Positions 38,244 to 51,509 of a DNA stretch of 64,000 nucleotides are shown in pieces (position 1 is the first letter of the stretch; every line of letters starts with the position of its first letter). A model generated the notes under the pieces. It was not told where the DNA came from. It searched no databases and worked only from the letters and a program-made list of their open reading frames with translations. Location: the NCBI GenBank assembly GCA_951406725.2, contig OX597830.1, positions 56,544,001 through 56,608,000 of the forward strand, given 5' to 3'. This DNA is from Octopus vulgaris (taxonomy: Eukaryota). The position numbers and the translations under genes were made by a program.

Positions 38244-38719
38244 CTATGTATGTGTGCATTCAGGTATGTATGTGTGTGTGTGTGTCTATACACACCCATC
38301 TAAACGGCTTATGTTGAGGTCAGACTAGGAGAGAAACTACCAACATACATCCATTCAACCATTTGTTTGTTAATGGATATTTGGTATGGGTTTTATTTAG
38401 CAGCACCACAAATGCTGGATTCCATTCACAGCAAGACTTAAACATTTACTACAACTATTACAACTACTATCACCACTAGTAATAATAGCTTCTGATTTAG
38501 ACACAAGACTAGTAATTTTTGGGGTGAGTACATTAGTCATTGCCATCAAACCCTGTACTTTAACTAGTACTTTATTTCATTAACCCTGCGAGGAAGAAAG
38601 GTAAAATTAACCTATAGTTTGAATTTGAACTCAGAATATAAAGAGCCAAAGCAAATGCCACAAAGCATGTTTATTTAATGCTCTAATAATTCTACCATCT
38701 CATCAGTTTACAATAATGA

Positions 38720-39112
38720 CTAGCAGTATCGCCCAGCATTGCTCGGGTTTGTTTCGACCCTTTAGAATTGGAATTTTTGAAACATAAAAATTTTGCATTA
38801 TGTAGCTTGTTATTCTCTTTAAGTGAACACTTTTCTGGCTGAAATACACTGGAAAATGGCGACACAGCAGTAAAAAAATTGTAAAAAAATAGGGATTTTC
38901 ATAGAATAAAAGCACCTTTTTGGTGTAAATAATTCTTGATCTTAACATGGTCCGATTTGAATCTTTTCTTCTACGGAAGGAAGAGCAAGCCTTCTTCTAT
39001 CATACTCTCAATTTTGGTCAACTTGCACTGCAGGGTCTCAGAGGAGATAGTATTAGTTGAAGGCTACCAAACCTGCCATACACAGACAACTTCAGCTTTA
39101 TATATAGAGAGA
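38720..39112 (-). mobile_element. Non-autonomous Helitron
   Basis: Minus strand A|TCTCTCTATATATAAAGCTGAAG ... CCCGAGCAATGCTGGGC GATACTG CTAG|T. Confidence 0.82.
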
Positions 39113-39128
39113 TTATTATTTTTACTGT

Positions 39129-39443
39129 GAAGGTACGTGGCTTAGTGGTTAGGCTCACATTTGTAAGGTTGTAGGTTCAATTCCCAGTAGCATGTTGTAT
39201 CCTTGGACAAGATGCTTTATTTTATGTTACTTCAGTCCACTCAGCTGGTAAAAATGAGTTGTACCTGTATTTTAAAGGGCCAGCCTTACCACATTCTGTG
39301 TCACATTGAATCTCTCTGAGAACTTCATTAAGGGTACACGTGTCTGTGGGGCAATCAGCCACATCCACATTGATTTTACAAGCAGACTGCTTTGTTGATG
39401 GGATCAACCGGATTACTCATTGTTGTAACTGATGGAGATCCAG
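39129..39443 (+). mobile_element. tRNA-derived SINE family E
   Basis: Head GTGGCTTAGTGGTTAGG with B-box GGTTCAATTCC and a core shared with family D, but a different tail. Also at 25722-26003+, 46334-46640- and partial at 1-165-. Confidence 0.75.
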
Positions 39444-42400
39444 TTATTAGTTATTAATTATTTCTAATGTAGGTACCTGGGATGTAGCCAGTCCACTTAT
39501 GCATACCTTTCCTTCTTGGGACACAAAACTCTGCTTGTGAAGACCTGTTGAGTCAAGTGAAATCGAAATCGATCAAAAATCAATGGAAATTGTAGTTGTG
39601 ATACCAGTGCCGGTGGCACACAAGAGAACAACCCGAATATGGCCGTTGCCAGCGCCGCCTCAACTGGCCTCTGTGCCAGTGGCACGTAAAAAGCACCAAC
39701 CAATCGTGGCCATTGCCAGCCTCGCCTGGCACGTAAAAAGAACCCACTACACTCAGAGTGGTTGGCGTTAGGAAGGGCATCCAGCTGTAGAAACACTGCC
39801 AGATCAGACTGGGCCTGGTGCAGCCTCCTGGCTTCCCAGACCCCAGTCGAACTGTCCAACCCATGCTAGCATGGAAAGCGGATGTTAAACGATGATGATG
39901 TATAAAGCTAGTAATAATGAAAGAAGGGACTTAGTCAATTACAGTGACCCCAGTTCTTGACTTGTACTGGAGGGATGAAAAGGTAAAGGTGACCTCAGTG
40001 GCATTTGAACTCAGAATGTAAAGAACCGGAACAAACAGGTGCAAAAGTGGCTGTGCGGTAAAAAGTTTGCTTCCCAACCACATGGTTCAATGGTTCAGTC
40101 CCACTGCATGGAACCTTGGGCAAGTGTCGCCTACAAATTGTCCTGGGACAACCAAAATCTTGTGAGTGGTTTGATAGGCTGAAACTGAAAGAAACTTGTC
40201 GTATTCTGTGCGTGTGTGTGTGAGTGAGAGAGTGAGTGACAGTGTAACAGTGAGTGAGCATGAGTGTGAGTGTATGAGTGTGTATGAGTGAGTGTGTGAA
40301 TGAGTGAGTGTGTGTGTGTGTGTGAGTGAATGAGTGTGAGAGAGTGAGTGTGAGAGTGAGTGAGGGTGTGTGTTTATAGTGATCGGCATACTCAGTGTGT
40401 GTGTGTGTATAATGTCTTGCGAGGTACTTGGTGACCTTGTTAGTGAAGGTGCCATGAAAAATGCACTGGTGCTGGTACCACATAAAAAGCACCCAGTACA
40501 CTGTAGAGTGGTTGGTATTAGAAAGGGCATCCAGCTGCAGAAACCATATTAAAACAGACAATGAAGCTTGGTATGGCTCTTGGCCATGTCAGTTCCTGTA
40601 AAACTGTCCAATCCATGCCAGCATGAAAAACAGATATTAAATGATGATGATGATGATGGTCATAGGAGTGAAGGTGTGTGTGTGTGTCTCTCTCTCTCTT
40701 TCACTTCTTGTTTTGGTATCATGTAATTGTTGTAAATGAATTCCAATCATTTTCAATATTCTGCAAAAACATTTCTAGCTAGGGGAAAATATTACCTTGC
40801 TTGGAAACAAGTTATGGGTTGGTGACAGGAAGAACATCCATCCACAAAAAAAAAAAAAAAAAAGAAAACCAGCCTCATTAAAACCCCATCAGATCCATGC
40901 AAATATGGAAAAGTGGACATAAAAATGATGATGGTGATGAAGAATGTAAAGAGTTGCAACTAAAAGGCTGGAAGGTATCTAGTCAGAAAATTTAACAATA
41001 TTTCTGACAAACTATCACATCATCATCATCATCGTCATTGTTTAACGTCCGTTTTCCATGCAAGCATGGGTTGGGCGGTTCGACTGGGGTCTGGGAAGCC
41101 ATGGAGGCTGCACCAGGCTCCAGTCTGATCTGGCAGTGTTTCTACAGTTGGATGCCCTTCCTAATGCCAACCACTCGGAGAGTGTAGTGGGTGCTTTTTA
41201 CGTGCCACTGGCATGGAAGCCAGTCAAGGCAGCACTGGCATCGGCCACCTTGATAATAATGATTATAATAAATTATAGCAATTCTATTTACAAATTTACC
41301 AATATAATTTGTTCCACTGCACAATGAAGGTTAAATTACAAGTAATTGAGAAAAAAGAAAAGAGGTATAAAGTTCAAAAGACAAAGAATTAATGTTTGAT
41401 ATAGAGTTTCAGGAATAATTCTATTGACATTGTGAAGAACAATGTCCAATCTCAAATGTATGTAGTATAGTATTACCAAAGACTGCTAACAGCACCATCT
41501 GTATCCCTGGCCAAAACAATCAAACTCTCAAATGAGATCAGACCAGCTGCAGTTGACAGAACTTGCTGTGCAATTAATTAACAAACGGCTGTATTCTTTT
41601 AATTAAATGTCTAGATGTGTTAGATGCCTAGTTGTTAATAAGATTGTAACATATGATATTATGGGTAAGAGTATCTTTTTTTTTTTGTATTTTTATCTTT
41701 TACTGGTTTCAGTCACTAGACTGCGGCCATATTGGGACAACATCTTGAAGAACTTTTAGACAAATGAATTTATTTAGCCTGGTACCTCTATTGGTCACTT
41801 TTGCCAAACTGCTAAGCTGCAGGGACATAAACACACCAACACTGGTTGTCAAGCAGCGGGGGAGGGGGGGACAAACACAAACTTAAAGACACACACACAC
41901 AATGGCTTTCTTTCAGTTTCTATCTACCAAATCCACTCACAAGGTTTTGGTTAAGGCTATAGTAGAAGACACTTGCCCAAGGTGTCATGCAGTGGAACTG
42001 AACCCAGAACAATATGGTTGGGAAGCAAGCTTCTTACCACACAACTGCACCTACGCCCAGGTGAGAACGTGATCGATAAAGCCGTGGGAACGTGTATTTG
42101 TACATGTAAGTACATCAGCTGTTGCGATCGATACTATGTGTACGAAAGAAAAATGCATGTGCAGTTTGCGTAAAAAAAGCTGGATGGTTTGAAATAATGC
42201 CACAAAATGCAGTATATATAAGAGACCAAAAAAGGAAGATGCAAAAGAGAGATTTTCTTCAAACTTGGCATGAAGGAAGGAAAGACTATTTGGTTTCTCA
42301 AGAAGTTTTTTTTTCGCCTTAACTTTGTTTAACAAAACCAAAAATTTTATTGAAATAAAGGCATGCTTAATTATTTTTTAATAAAAAGGAAACACTGATT

Positions 42401-42730
42401 GATTTTTATTCAGCAGATATGATTCAGCAGCAGATGAAAATTGTCCTGTAGCAGGGGTGAGAATTCTAGATGTACATTTGTGCCTTGTATGGGCTTCATC
42501 AATAACATATACCCACTGTCGGAATGCATACTAAGTCAAAATCAGTAACTATTGCTCTTAGAAAACAGTGATTTAAAAATCTCTGATAGTGCGATTAGCT
42601 GCTTGGCTGAATAAAAAGCTGTTATGTGAAACAAAAGCAGTATTATATTAAAATAGCCATTTGTGTATCATACTTAATGCAGGGAAAAGGTAACTTAACT
42701 GCGGCATTCTTATAGATGAACTGTGTTTAA

Positions 42731-42951
42731 CCCTTTCGTTACTGTATTTATTTTGAGATGCTCTGTGTTTCTTTCAATTAATTTTAAAAATAACAAAGAA
42801 TTTAGTAAAATAACTGAGTTATCATTAAGCTAGTGTCAGGAACATAAATTGTGACAAAGGTTTGGTGGAAGATTTTAATTCAAAACTTATGAAAACAAGG
42901 CATTTTACCACAGAGCCAGAGCCGGTGTCAGCCGGGTTGGTAATGAAAGGG
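42731..42951. mobile_element. piggyBac-type MITE family 1
   Basis: TTAA|CCCTTTCGTTAC ... GTAATGAAAGGG|TTAA, about 220 bp. Confidence 0.88.
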
Positions 42952-44013
42952 TTAAAATCTTAAGAAAAAATATTGAAAACAATTGTTTAGATTAGCTAAT
43001 CCTAATCCTACTTGTGTGTGGTAAAATTATGAAAAACATGATTTTTCAAGGCATTCAAGATTTAGTATGGATTTTTCTAAAGCCTTAAAATTATATTTTT
43101 TTTAATCCGCAGTGCACTACTTGAGATCCACTAGATTGGGTCTATCACCCAAAAACATATGTAGCATTGCAAGGAGAGAGTTAATGAGTGAGTGTACTCT
43201 TAACTAACAATAGAAAGTTCAATCCCTACTGTGGGGGGCTCCAGACATGAAGAAAATACTAGCGATTCAATACTATTTTATATTCTTGCAGCAGTACCAC
43301 CATCACCACCACTGCCACAACCACTGACACCACCATCATCAGTACCACCATCACCATCACCATCACCATCACCGCCACCACAGAGTGGACTTTGGTAAAG
43401 AGTGGCAGAAATGAACAGAAGAACTATAAAACAACAACAATTGAATATCAATAAATCTTGCCACACAATGCTGCTTTGAAATGTAGAATATTTCATGTGG
43501 TCAGAGCATTCATTTATGGGTTATTCTAATAGTAACCCTCACCACCACCACCACCACCACCACCACCCACACATTGTAATGTTGCTGTTGTTGTTGTTAT
43601 TGATCCAAGTTCAATACTGCTGCCTATTTATTGCCATACACAAACACTTGGAAGTTTTCTTCCCTTCACAAAACCATTCAATTTATCAAACAGTGATTTT
43701 TAACAATTTTCACAAAAAAATATTTTAGATAATCTAAACATTTTTTTACTGTTTGTTTATTGGTTTATTTATTTATTTATTGAGTGGGGGCGGTTGAATT
43801 TAACATTTATAAATATTTCCTATTTTGTCAATAAAAAAAAAATCTTGGGGTTACGCTATGACATAGAATTTAGCATTAGTGTGTATTATTATAGCATTAG
43901 AGTAATATAATCAGCCCATCTCTCTCTCTCTCTCTCACTTCCAACATCTCAAAGGTAATAGAGACAACTATTAACCACCTTCCCCTACACCTTCACACTC
44001 TCTCTCTCCTTAA

Positions 44014-44232
44014 CCCTTTCGTTACTGTATTTATTTTAAGATGCTCTGTGTTTCTTTCAATTACTTTAAATATAACAAAGAATTTAGTAAAATAACTTGG
44101 TTATCATTCAGCTAGTGTTAGGAACATAAATTATGACTAAGGTTTGGTGAAGGTTTTAATTCAAAACTTATGAAAACAAGGCATTTCTACTCAGAGCCAG
44201 AGCCGGTTTCAGCCGGGGTGGTAATGAAAGGG
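44014..44232. mobile_element. piggyBac-type MITE family 1
   Basis: Same TIRs and TTAA TSD; near-identical to 42731-42951. Confidence 0.88.
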
Positions 44233-45754
44233 TTAATGAGCACCAAAATGGGGGTCCCTTAAAGCCAGATCTACTGGACACCTGCTCTCCTATATCATCA
44301 ATTAGAGAAATTTGGTGAAAGTAACATCTTTACACTAGAGATCGGTAAAGCATTTGGCTTTGGTGAGCATGTGGACAACATAAACTGCCGGCTGATGTTT
44401 GCCGTATGTCTCATCTCTCATTTCATAAGCTTCCTGTCATTTTCCTTCATTGCAGTGTGTGCTGATAGATCTTCCTGACTCATAATCACTTGATACTGGT
44501 GTGTCCAGGATTCAGGAAAGGGTGGGGTCTGTTCGCACTCTTCCTCTCATACAGCAATGACTTACTTGTTGTCATCTCTCCAGTCCTCTACAGATGATAC
44601 CACCCCTCCATTCCTCCTTAACCTTCCACACCCAGGGGACATTCACATGTAACCCAGATACAACATGCCAAACTCACACTGAGTCCTCATAAAACCTTCC
44701 CCCAATTTTGTTTACTTCAACATCATAAAGCTATAATCATTAAATACACCAAGAAAATGATATAGGATGATCTCACTAAACATGGAAGAGAATGCAATTA
44801 AAACCCCCGAAAGTCACTACAGACGCCAGACCTTCTTATCACTAAGGACCTTGCCTGACAACCTTCAATCTTTAATATAGCAAAAGTTGCATGACAAAGA
44901 CTGGTCTTTCTCTTCAAGGCCAAAAGTCCACAACTATTAATCCTTCATAAAGTTGAAATGAGAACCACAATGGACCATCCGATCGTGGCTGTTTGCCAGC
45001 CTCGTCTGGCACCTGTGCAGGTGGCACGTAAAAAGCACCCACTACACTCACGGAGTGGTTGGCGTTAGGAAGGGCATCCAGCTGTAGAAACACTGCCAGA
45101 TCAGACTGGGCCTGGCGCAGCCTACTGGCTTCCCAGACCCCAGCTGAACCGTCCAACCCATGCTGGCATGGAAAATGGACGTTAAAACGATGATGATGAT
45201 GATTATATATATATGTATTTGGGTGGTATAAACTGCTATTAATTGCTATTATAAAAATCTCTTAATTTTTAAGGACCCAACTGCTGATCATCCTTCAGAG
45301 TGAATTAAAGATTCATATACATACACCACACACTTTCTTGTAAGATATACGATCAATCCCACATCTGTTCCACTTTCTTTCTCACTCAAACACACCAACA
45401 CTTATGTAATTACTGTCATCTTATGCCTGAGGTAATTGTCACTGACTATTAAAAGAGACATGCTTCAAACAATGGCTGTAAGCCTGCTAAGCACATACAA
45501 GTCATAAAGATAAGTTTTAAAATCTAAAAAAATTAACAGCATTTTATCTTAGATATTCACAAGTACGCATATAAGTATGAAAATGTATGTATTCTATGTA
45601 AGGCATGTGTGTAAATATGCATGTATCATCATCATCAACATTTAACGGCCATTTTCCATGATGGCATGGGTTGGATGGCTTGACAGGAACTGGCAAGGTC
45701 AGTGGCTGTACCAGGTCCCATAGTCTGTTTCGGCTTGGTTTTTTTATGGCTGGA

Positions 45755-46127
45755 CTAGCACTATGACCTGGCAACGCCGGGTCATAGTGCTAGTGCATGC
45801 GTATACAGCTGCATGCGTGTGCACATACACGCGAGTACTGTCCAAATCTCCGACTAATCACATACACCTAGCTGGCATTCAATTGGCGTATCAAGTTTCG
45901 GGCATTTTGATTGGGTTTTGGATACAAAATTCCCCCAAAAGTCACTTCTATTGATATTTTTAATGACTTTGCAGGGTGACTGGGGAAATGTAAAGATGTG
46001 CACGACCACCCTTGGACGGTTTTGAATGACCATAGAAAGTGCGAGCCCTCTAACTGAAAAATTGTGGATTTGTATAAAGGATACACATACACACAGACAG
46101 ACATTTTGCTGTTTATATATATAGAGA
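45755..46127 (-). mobile_element. Non-autonomous Helitron
   Basis: The minus strand starts TCTCTATATATATAAA and ends with a hairpin plus CTAG. It sits exactly between the A and T of the family B motif GGCTGGA|TG.CCTTCC, with no TSD. Confidence 0.88.
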
Positions 46128-47760
46128 TGTCCTTCCCAACACCAACCACTCCACAGAGTGTACTGGGTGCTTTTTATGTGACACCACCACCACTGCTTTT
46201 TATGCGGCACCATCACTGGTGCTTCTTATGTGGTACCAGCACCTACTGCTTTTATATGTAATGTATTTATCAAAATAATGCATGCATCTATGTAAATACC
46301 TGTACTTAAGTAATGCACTTAAAAAAAACAATTGGCACTCTGTCTGTTACGATGAGCGGGGTGGGCCCCAGTTGATCAACAAACAGCCTGCTTGTGAAAT
46401 TAAAGTGCAAGTGACTGAGCACTCCCAGGGACACACGTATTCTTAACTTAATTCTCAGGGAAATTCAGCTTGACACAGAATGTGATAAGGCCGGCCCATT
46501 GAATTACAGGTACTACTCATTTTTGCAAGCTGAGTGGACTGAAGCAAGATGAAAAAGTGTCTTGTCCAAGGACACAATGGTTTTCGAAATAACAACCTTA
46601 TGATCATGAACTGAAAACTTCCAACCACTGAGCCACACACCTTATGGACATCTATTCTTTTTATTCTTTTACTTGTTTCAGTCATTTGATTGCGGCCGTG
46701 CTGGAGCACTGCCTTAAAGTGGGTTAGTCGAAGAAACTGACCCCAAGACTTATTCTTTGTAAGCCTAGTACTTATGCTATCAGTCTCTTTTGCTGAACTG
46801 CTAAGTTACAGGAACATAAACATACCAGCATCGGCTGTCAAGCAATGGCAGGGGGACAAACACAGACACACACCAATATATACATATTATATATGTATAG
46901 TTGAGGTGTATTCTGTTAAGAACATATTAGAGTACAAAATAGAGCTTGTTCACCCTTAGAATTACCAGAGAGCTGGCAGTATTATGGTATAGTACCAATT
47001 CTAGGCTTAGGCATTCCTCATGTGAAAAATAAAAAGGAAAGAATAAATAGAATCAAAAGGAAGAGGGAGTATGATTCGACAAGCGGTCAAATCGTTCTCC
47101 TTCTTCCTTTTGACTTTACATTACATTATCATGAGTGATAAAAAATCTGCCCATGAGTTAAGATCTTCTACTACCATGTTTTTACTGATGAAATTCACCT
47201 CTCTGTCTATATACCTATCCTCTTTGTAATGTTGGCAAATGGAATAAGTATAAAAATGAACATTGTCAATTAATTTTAAAAGTTCCATATGTGGCTGAAG
47301 AGTGCTCTACATTTTAAAACTGATGTAATACTTACATTGTTTAATTAAATGAAATAGCATGAAACAATTGTACTACACTACACTACCTTTCGATATCCTT
47401 GTTGCTTATTTTGATTATAATCACCCCATTTGATTTATATGGATAATAGCATACCAAATTCTGGTGCCTTATTCTGGTACCATATTCATCTGAATCTAAA
47501 TTTTTGCTGAACTTATATATATATATATATATGACAGGCTTCTTTCAGTTTCCATCTACTAAATCCACTCACAAAGCTTTGGTCAGCCCAAGGCTATAGT
47601 AGAAGACACTTGCTCAAGGTGTCACACAGTGAGACTGAACCTGGAACCATATAGCTGGGAAGCAAGCTTCTTACCACACAGCCACATGCACTTATGGACA
47701 TCTATCTTTATATAACGTACATTAAAAAGTATGTTCCCCAATCATGTGATTTCAATGTCA

Positions 47761-48120
47761 CTTTGACTTGACTTGAGACAGCATTCACCCGGGGTAGGTT
47801 GAGTTGGCTTCATCCATCCTCAATGCTGCATCTCTCACAAACGCCAACCAGGCCTGGTGATTTGAGGCTAATGACCACGTTATCTCCAACCACTCCTTAT
47901 TCCAGCGGCGAACGCCGTAGATATGGAGACCTAGGTTGGGTTCCAGATCACCTTGACTGTCATCACTCGGGCAATTGCTTTGTAGATGAATTCTCCTGGT
48001 TGATGACGGAGGGCATGACCCAGCCAATGCAGACGTCTCGTTAGGATGACTTGTCGGAGGGAGGTGATTCTGCACTGGTGTCGCACTGAATTGTTGGAGA
48101 CAAAGTGATGCCATTGGACA
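47761..48120 (-). mobile_element. Second copy of the (CAAGT)n-tailed RTE, internally deleted, with 8-bp TSD
   Basis: The minus strand encodes RRLHWLGHALRH..., then joins the same 3' end as 34519-34756. CAATGTCA at 47753-47760 and 48121-48128. Confidence 0.88.
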
Positions 48121-48898
48121 CAATGTCAGTCCCCGCTGCATGGCACCTTCTACTATAGTCCTGGGCCAATCAAAGTCCTGTCAGTGGATTTGGTTGATAG
48201 AAACAAAAAGCTCATCACATATATATCATCATCATCATTTAACATCCACTTTTCCATGCTTGCATGGACCAAAGAGAATTTGTTGAGGCAGACTTTCCTA
48301 TAGCTGGGATGTTCTTCCTGTTGCCAACCATCACTTGTTTCCTAAGCAAAGTAATATTTTTTGATAGCAATACATGTTTTCTTTTTGTTTTTTACAGAAA
48401 ACTGGAAATGAACAACCTCATATGACAATGATGCTCATTTACAACTATCACATGATATCCAGGCAATGTTTTACACACACAAACACACAATGTTTGCTTT
48501 TATGTTCAGTTATAATAAAAACGTGCCAATGACATGTAAAAGTACTCATTACACTCTCAGAGTGGTTGGTGTTAGGAGGGGCATCCAGCCATAGAAACCA
48601 TCCCAAATCCGACTGGAATCTGGTGCAGCAGCCCCTCAGCTTAACCAGCCCTGGTCAAACCATCCAACCCATGCCAGCATAGACAACAGACGTTAAATGA
48701 GGATGATGATGATGATGTTACCCTATACTTTTGTAGAGTACAAGTTTATCATTCTTATATAAGGATGTTGTTGACAGTGACTTCGAAGTTTCAGTCAACC
48801 AATCCATCATTTGATGATGGCTTAACTGGCCAAAACTTTGAAGTCACCGTCAACAACATTTATGTATAAAAATTATATATATATGGGGGGGGGGGGCA

Positions 48899-49205
48899 TA
48901 CAGGATGTCACCAACTGTAAACAACATGAAGCACGAAAACAAGCGAGTTAAATATACAAACAATGAGAGAAAAAAATTGAAAACAGGACAAGTAACACAA
49001 AGAACGACCTTCATCAGTTGTCGGCTGTCTATCTACTCCTCATTTTGAGCATTCAATGACAATATGAGTCTTGGAAGACATAGACAGCCAACAACTGATG
49101 AAGGGTCATTCTTTGTGTTAATTGTCCCATTTTCAATTTTTCCTCTCTCGTTGTTTGTGTATTTAATTTGCTTGTTTTTGTACTTCATGTTGGTTACATC
49201 CTGTA
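48899..49205. repeat. Long imperfect inverted repeat (about 130-bp arms, about 46-bp spacer)
   Basis: TACAGGATGT..AACATGAAG..CTTCATCAGTTGTCGGCTGTCTAT versus ATAGACAGCCAACAACTGATGAAG..CTTCATGTT..ACATCCTGTA. Confidence 0.8.
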
Positions 49206-49213
49206 CCTATACA

Positions 49214-49261
<48 letters not shown>

Positions 49262-49307
49262 TATTATATATTATTATTTAATTGAATACCACACATCCAT
49301 TTCCAAG

Positions 49308-49356
<49 letters not shown>

Positions 49357-49552
49357 TGGCTGTGTGGTTAGGGAGCTTGCTTCCTAGCTACATGGTTTCG
49401 GGTTCAGTCCCACTGCGTGGCACTTTGGGTAGGTGTCTTCCACTATAGCCCCGAGCCAACCGGAGCTTTGTGATTGAATTCGGTAGGTGGAAGTTACTGC
49501 CGTGTGTGTATGTGTGCGTATAGCTGCTCAGTGCCTCTCCAAAAGAGAGAGA

Positions 49553-49589
<37 letters not shown>

Positions 49590-50292
49590 GGAATAAATAT
49601 ACAAAATGTATAAATAGATGATGAGCTTCTTTTCAGTTTCTGTGTACCAAATCTAGTCACAAGGATTTGATGGGCCCGGGACTGCAATAGAAGACACTTG
49701 CCCAAAGTACCACACTGTGGGACTGAGCCCAGAAGCACATGGTTGGGAAGCAAGTTTCTTTATCATACAACCATGTCTGCACCTATTTGTGTGTGAGTGT
49801 GTTATGCGGGCATGTTGCATGCATGTTGAGTGTGCGTGTTGTTTGTGCATGCTGCACTCGTGTTGTGTGTGCATGTTGTATGTAGTGTGTGTGTTGTGTG
49901 TGTGCTGTATGTGCGTTGTTTCTTTGTCTGACACTGCACAGTAGCTGTAAATGATTAGTGTCAGTCACTTACTATGTGATTGTAAGTAAATGTACACATG
50001 GATGTAAATCATCATTTAACATCCGCTTTCCATACTAGCATGGGTTGGACGGTTTGACAGGAGTTGGCCAGGCAGGGGCCTGTACCATACTTCTGTGTCT
50101 GTTTTGGCAGAATTTTTACAGCTGGATGCCCCTCCTAACACCAACCACCCAGCAGAGTGGACTTAGTGCATTTTACGTGGCACAAGCACAGGTGAGGTCA
50201 GTTCTGGCTCGGTTTTTACAGCTGGATGCACTTCCAAATGCCAGCCACTTTACAGTGGGGACTGGATGCTTTTTAAGTCACACCAACACCTT

Positions 50293-50376
<84 letters not shown>

Positions 50377-50563
50377 AAACGGTAAGAGATGGCCAGATAA
50401 CCGAAGAGATGGTGTTGTGGGTTTCCACCTCGGCATCCAAAACTCAGAGTTTTATCTTGGCTACTGAATAATTGTCATATATTATTTTACAGATATATAT
50501 ATATATATCATCATCATCGTTTAACGTCCGTTTTCCGCGCTAGCACGGGTTGGACGGTAATGG

Positions 50564-50674
50564 AATGCTTACAGCACCTAGGTTTCCCAAGCGGTCACCC
50601 ATCAAAGTACTAACTAGGCTCAATGTTGCTTAATTTTGGTGATCGGACGAGAACCGGTGCTTTCAACGTGATAT
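50564..50674 (-). pseudogene. 5S rRNA retro-pseudogene (about 10 nt 5'-truncated), fused to an RTE 3' tail
   Basis: The minus strand reads ATATCACGTTGAAAGCACCGGTTCTCGTCCGATCACCAAAATTAAGCAACATTGAGCCTAGTTAGTACTTTGATGGGTGACCGCTTGGGAAACCTAGGTGCTGTAAGCATT, an invertebrate 5S rRNA with substitutions in boxes A and C. It is a solitary copy, not part of an array. Confidence 0.92.
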
Positions 50675-51114
50675 ATCTTTCATGCCTTTGCTCCATGGAG
50701 TATTTTTTCACCCTTTTCCAGTAGTTCATCAGTTGTACTGAGGAATATACTTGTGGTATAACGACACCAGAGTTGTCCCCGTTTTGCTATTTGAGGTTTT
50801 GTGGCAATCATAATTGCAAGCAATAAGACCATATAGTTAAGAACAAACGTCCAGATGATTAAGAACATGTTTCTAACAAGACATATACATATGTAAATGC
50901 ATATATACATGTAAATGCAAGTGTATGATAATGTCTGTATATAAAGTCTATGCAATACATGTATACATTGTATATATAAATGTATACAATAAATGTATGC
51001 AATACATGTATACATGAATGAGTGTATTGTAGCAATGTATGAGTTATGCACGTAAATATGCATATGCACCGATGGATGGATGTATGGATGCACATATATG
51101 TATGTATACATATA

Positions 51115-51276
51115 GGGGCAGGAGTGGCTGTGTGGTAAGTAGCTTGCTTACCAGCCACATGGTTCTGGGTTCAGTCCCACTGTGTGGCACCTTCGGCAAG
51201 TGTCTTCTACTATAGCCTCGGGCCGACTAAAGCCTTATGAGTGGATTTGGTAGATGGAAACTCAAAGAAGCCTGTC

Positions 51277-51308
<32 letters not shown>

Positions 51309-51509
51309 CTGTGTTTGTCCCCCCAGCATCGCTTAACAACCGATGGTGGTGTGTTTACGTCCCCGTAACTTAGCGGTTCGGCAAAAGAGACAGATAGAAT
51401 AAGTACTAGGCTTACAAAGAATAAGTCCAGGGGCCGATTTGCTCGACTAAAAGCGGTGCTCCAGCATGGCCGCAGTCAAATGACTGAAACAAGTAAGAGA
51501 GTAAAAGAA
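51115..51509 (+). mobile_element. tRNA-derived SINE family A, near full length
   Basis: Pol III A-box TGGCTGTGTGG and B-box GGTTCAGTCC, an internal (TA)/(TG) microsatellite, and tail GACTGAAACAAGTAAGAGAGTAAAAGAA. Other copies at 33068-33460+, 2875-3232-, 7081-8075- (several), 15645-15830+, 21278-21500+, 40038-40200+, 41695-42053-, 46655-46870-, 47535-47690-, 49357-49500+, 49620-49780-, 61025-61430-. Confidence 0.85.

Noticed and set aside
50564-50674. Functional 5S rRNA gene
   Set aside because: The 5' end is missing, boxes A and C have substitutions, there is no oligo-T terminator, and it is solitary and fused to a retroelement tail.
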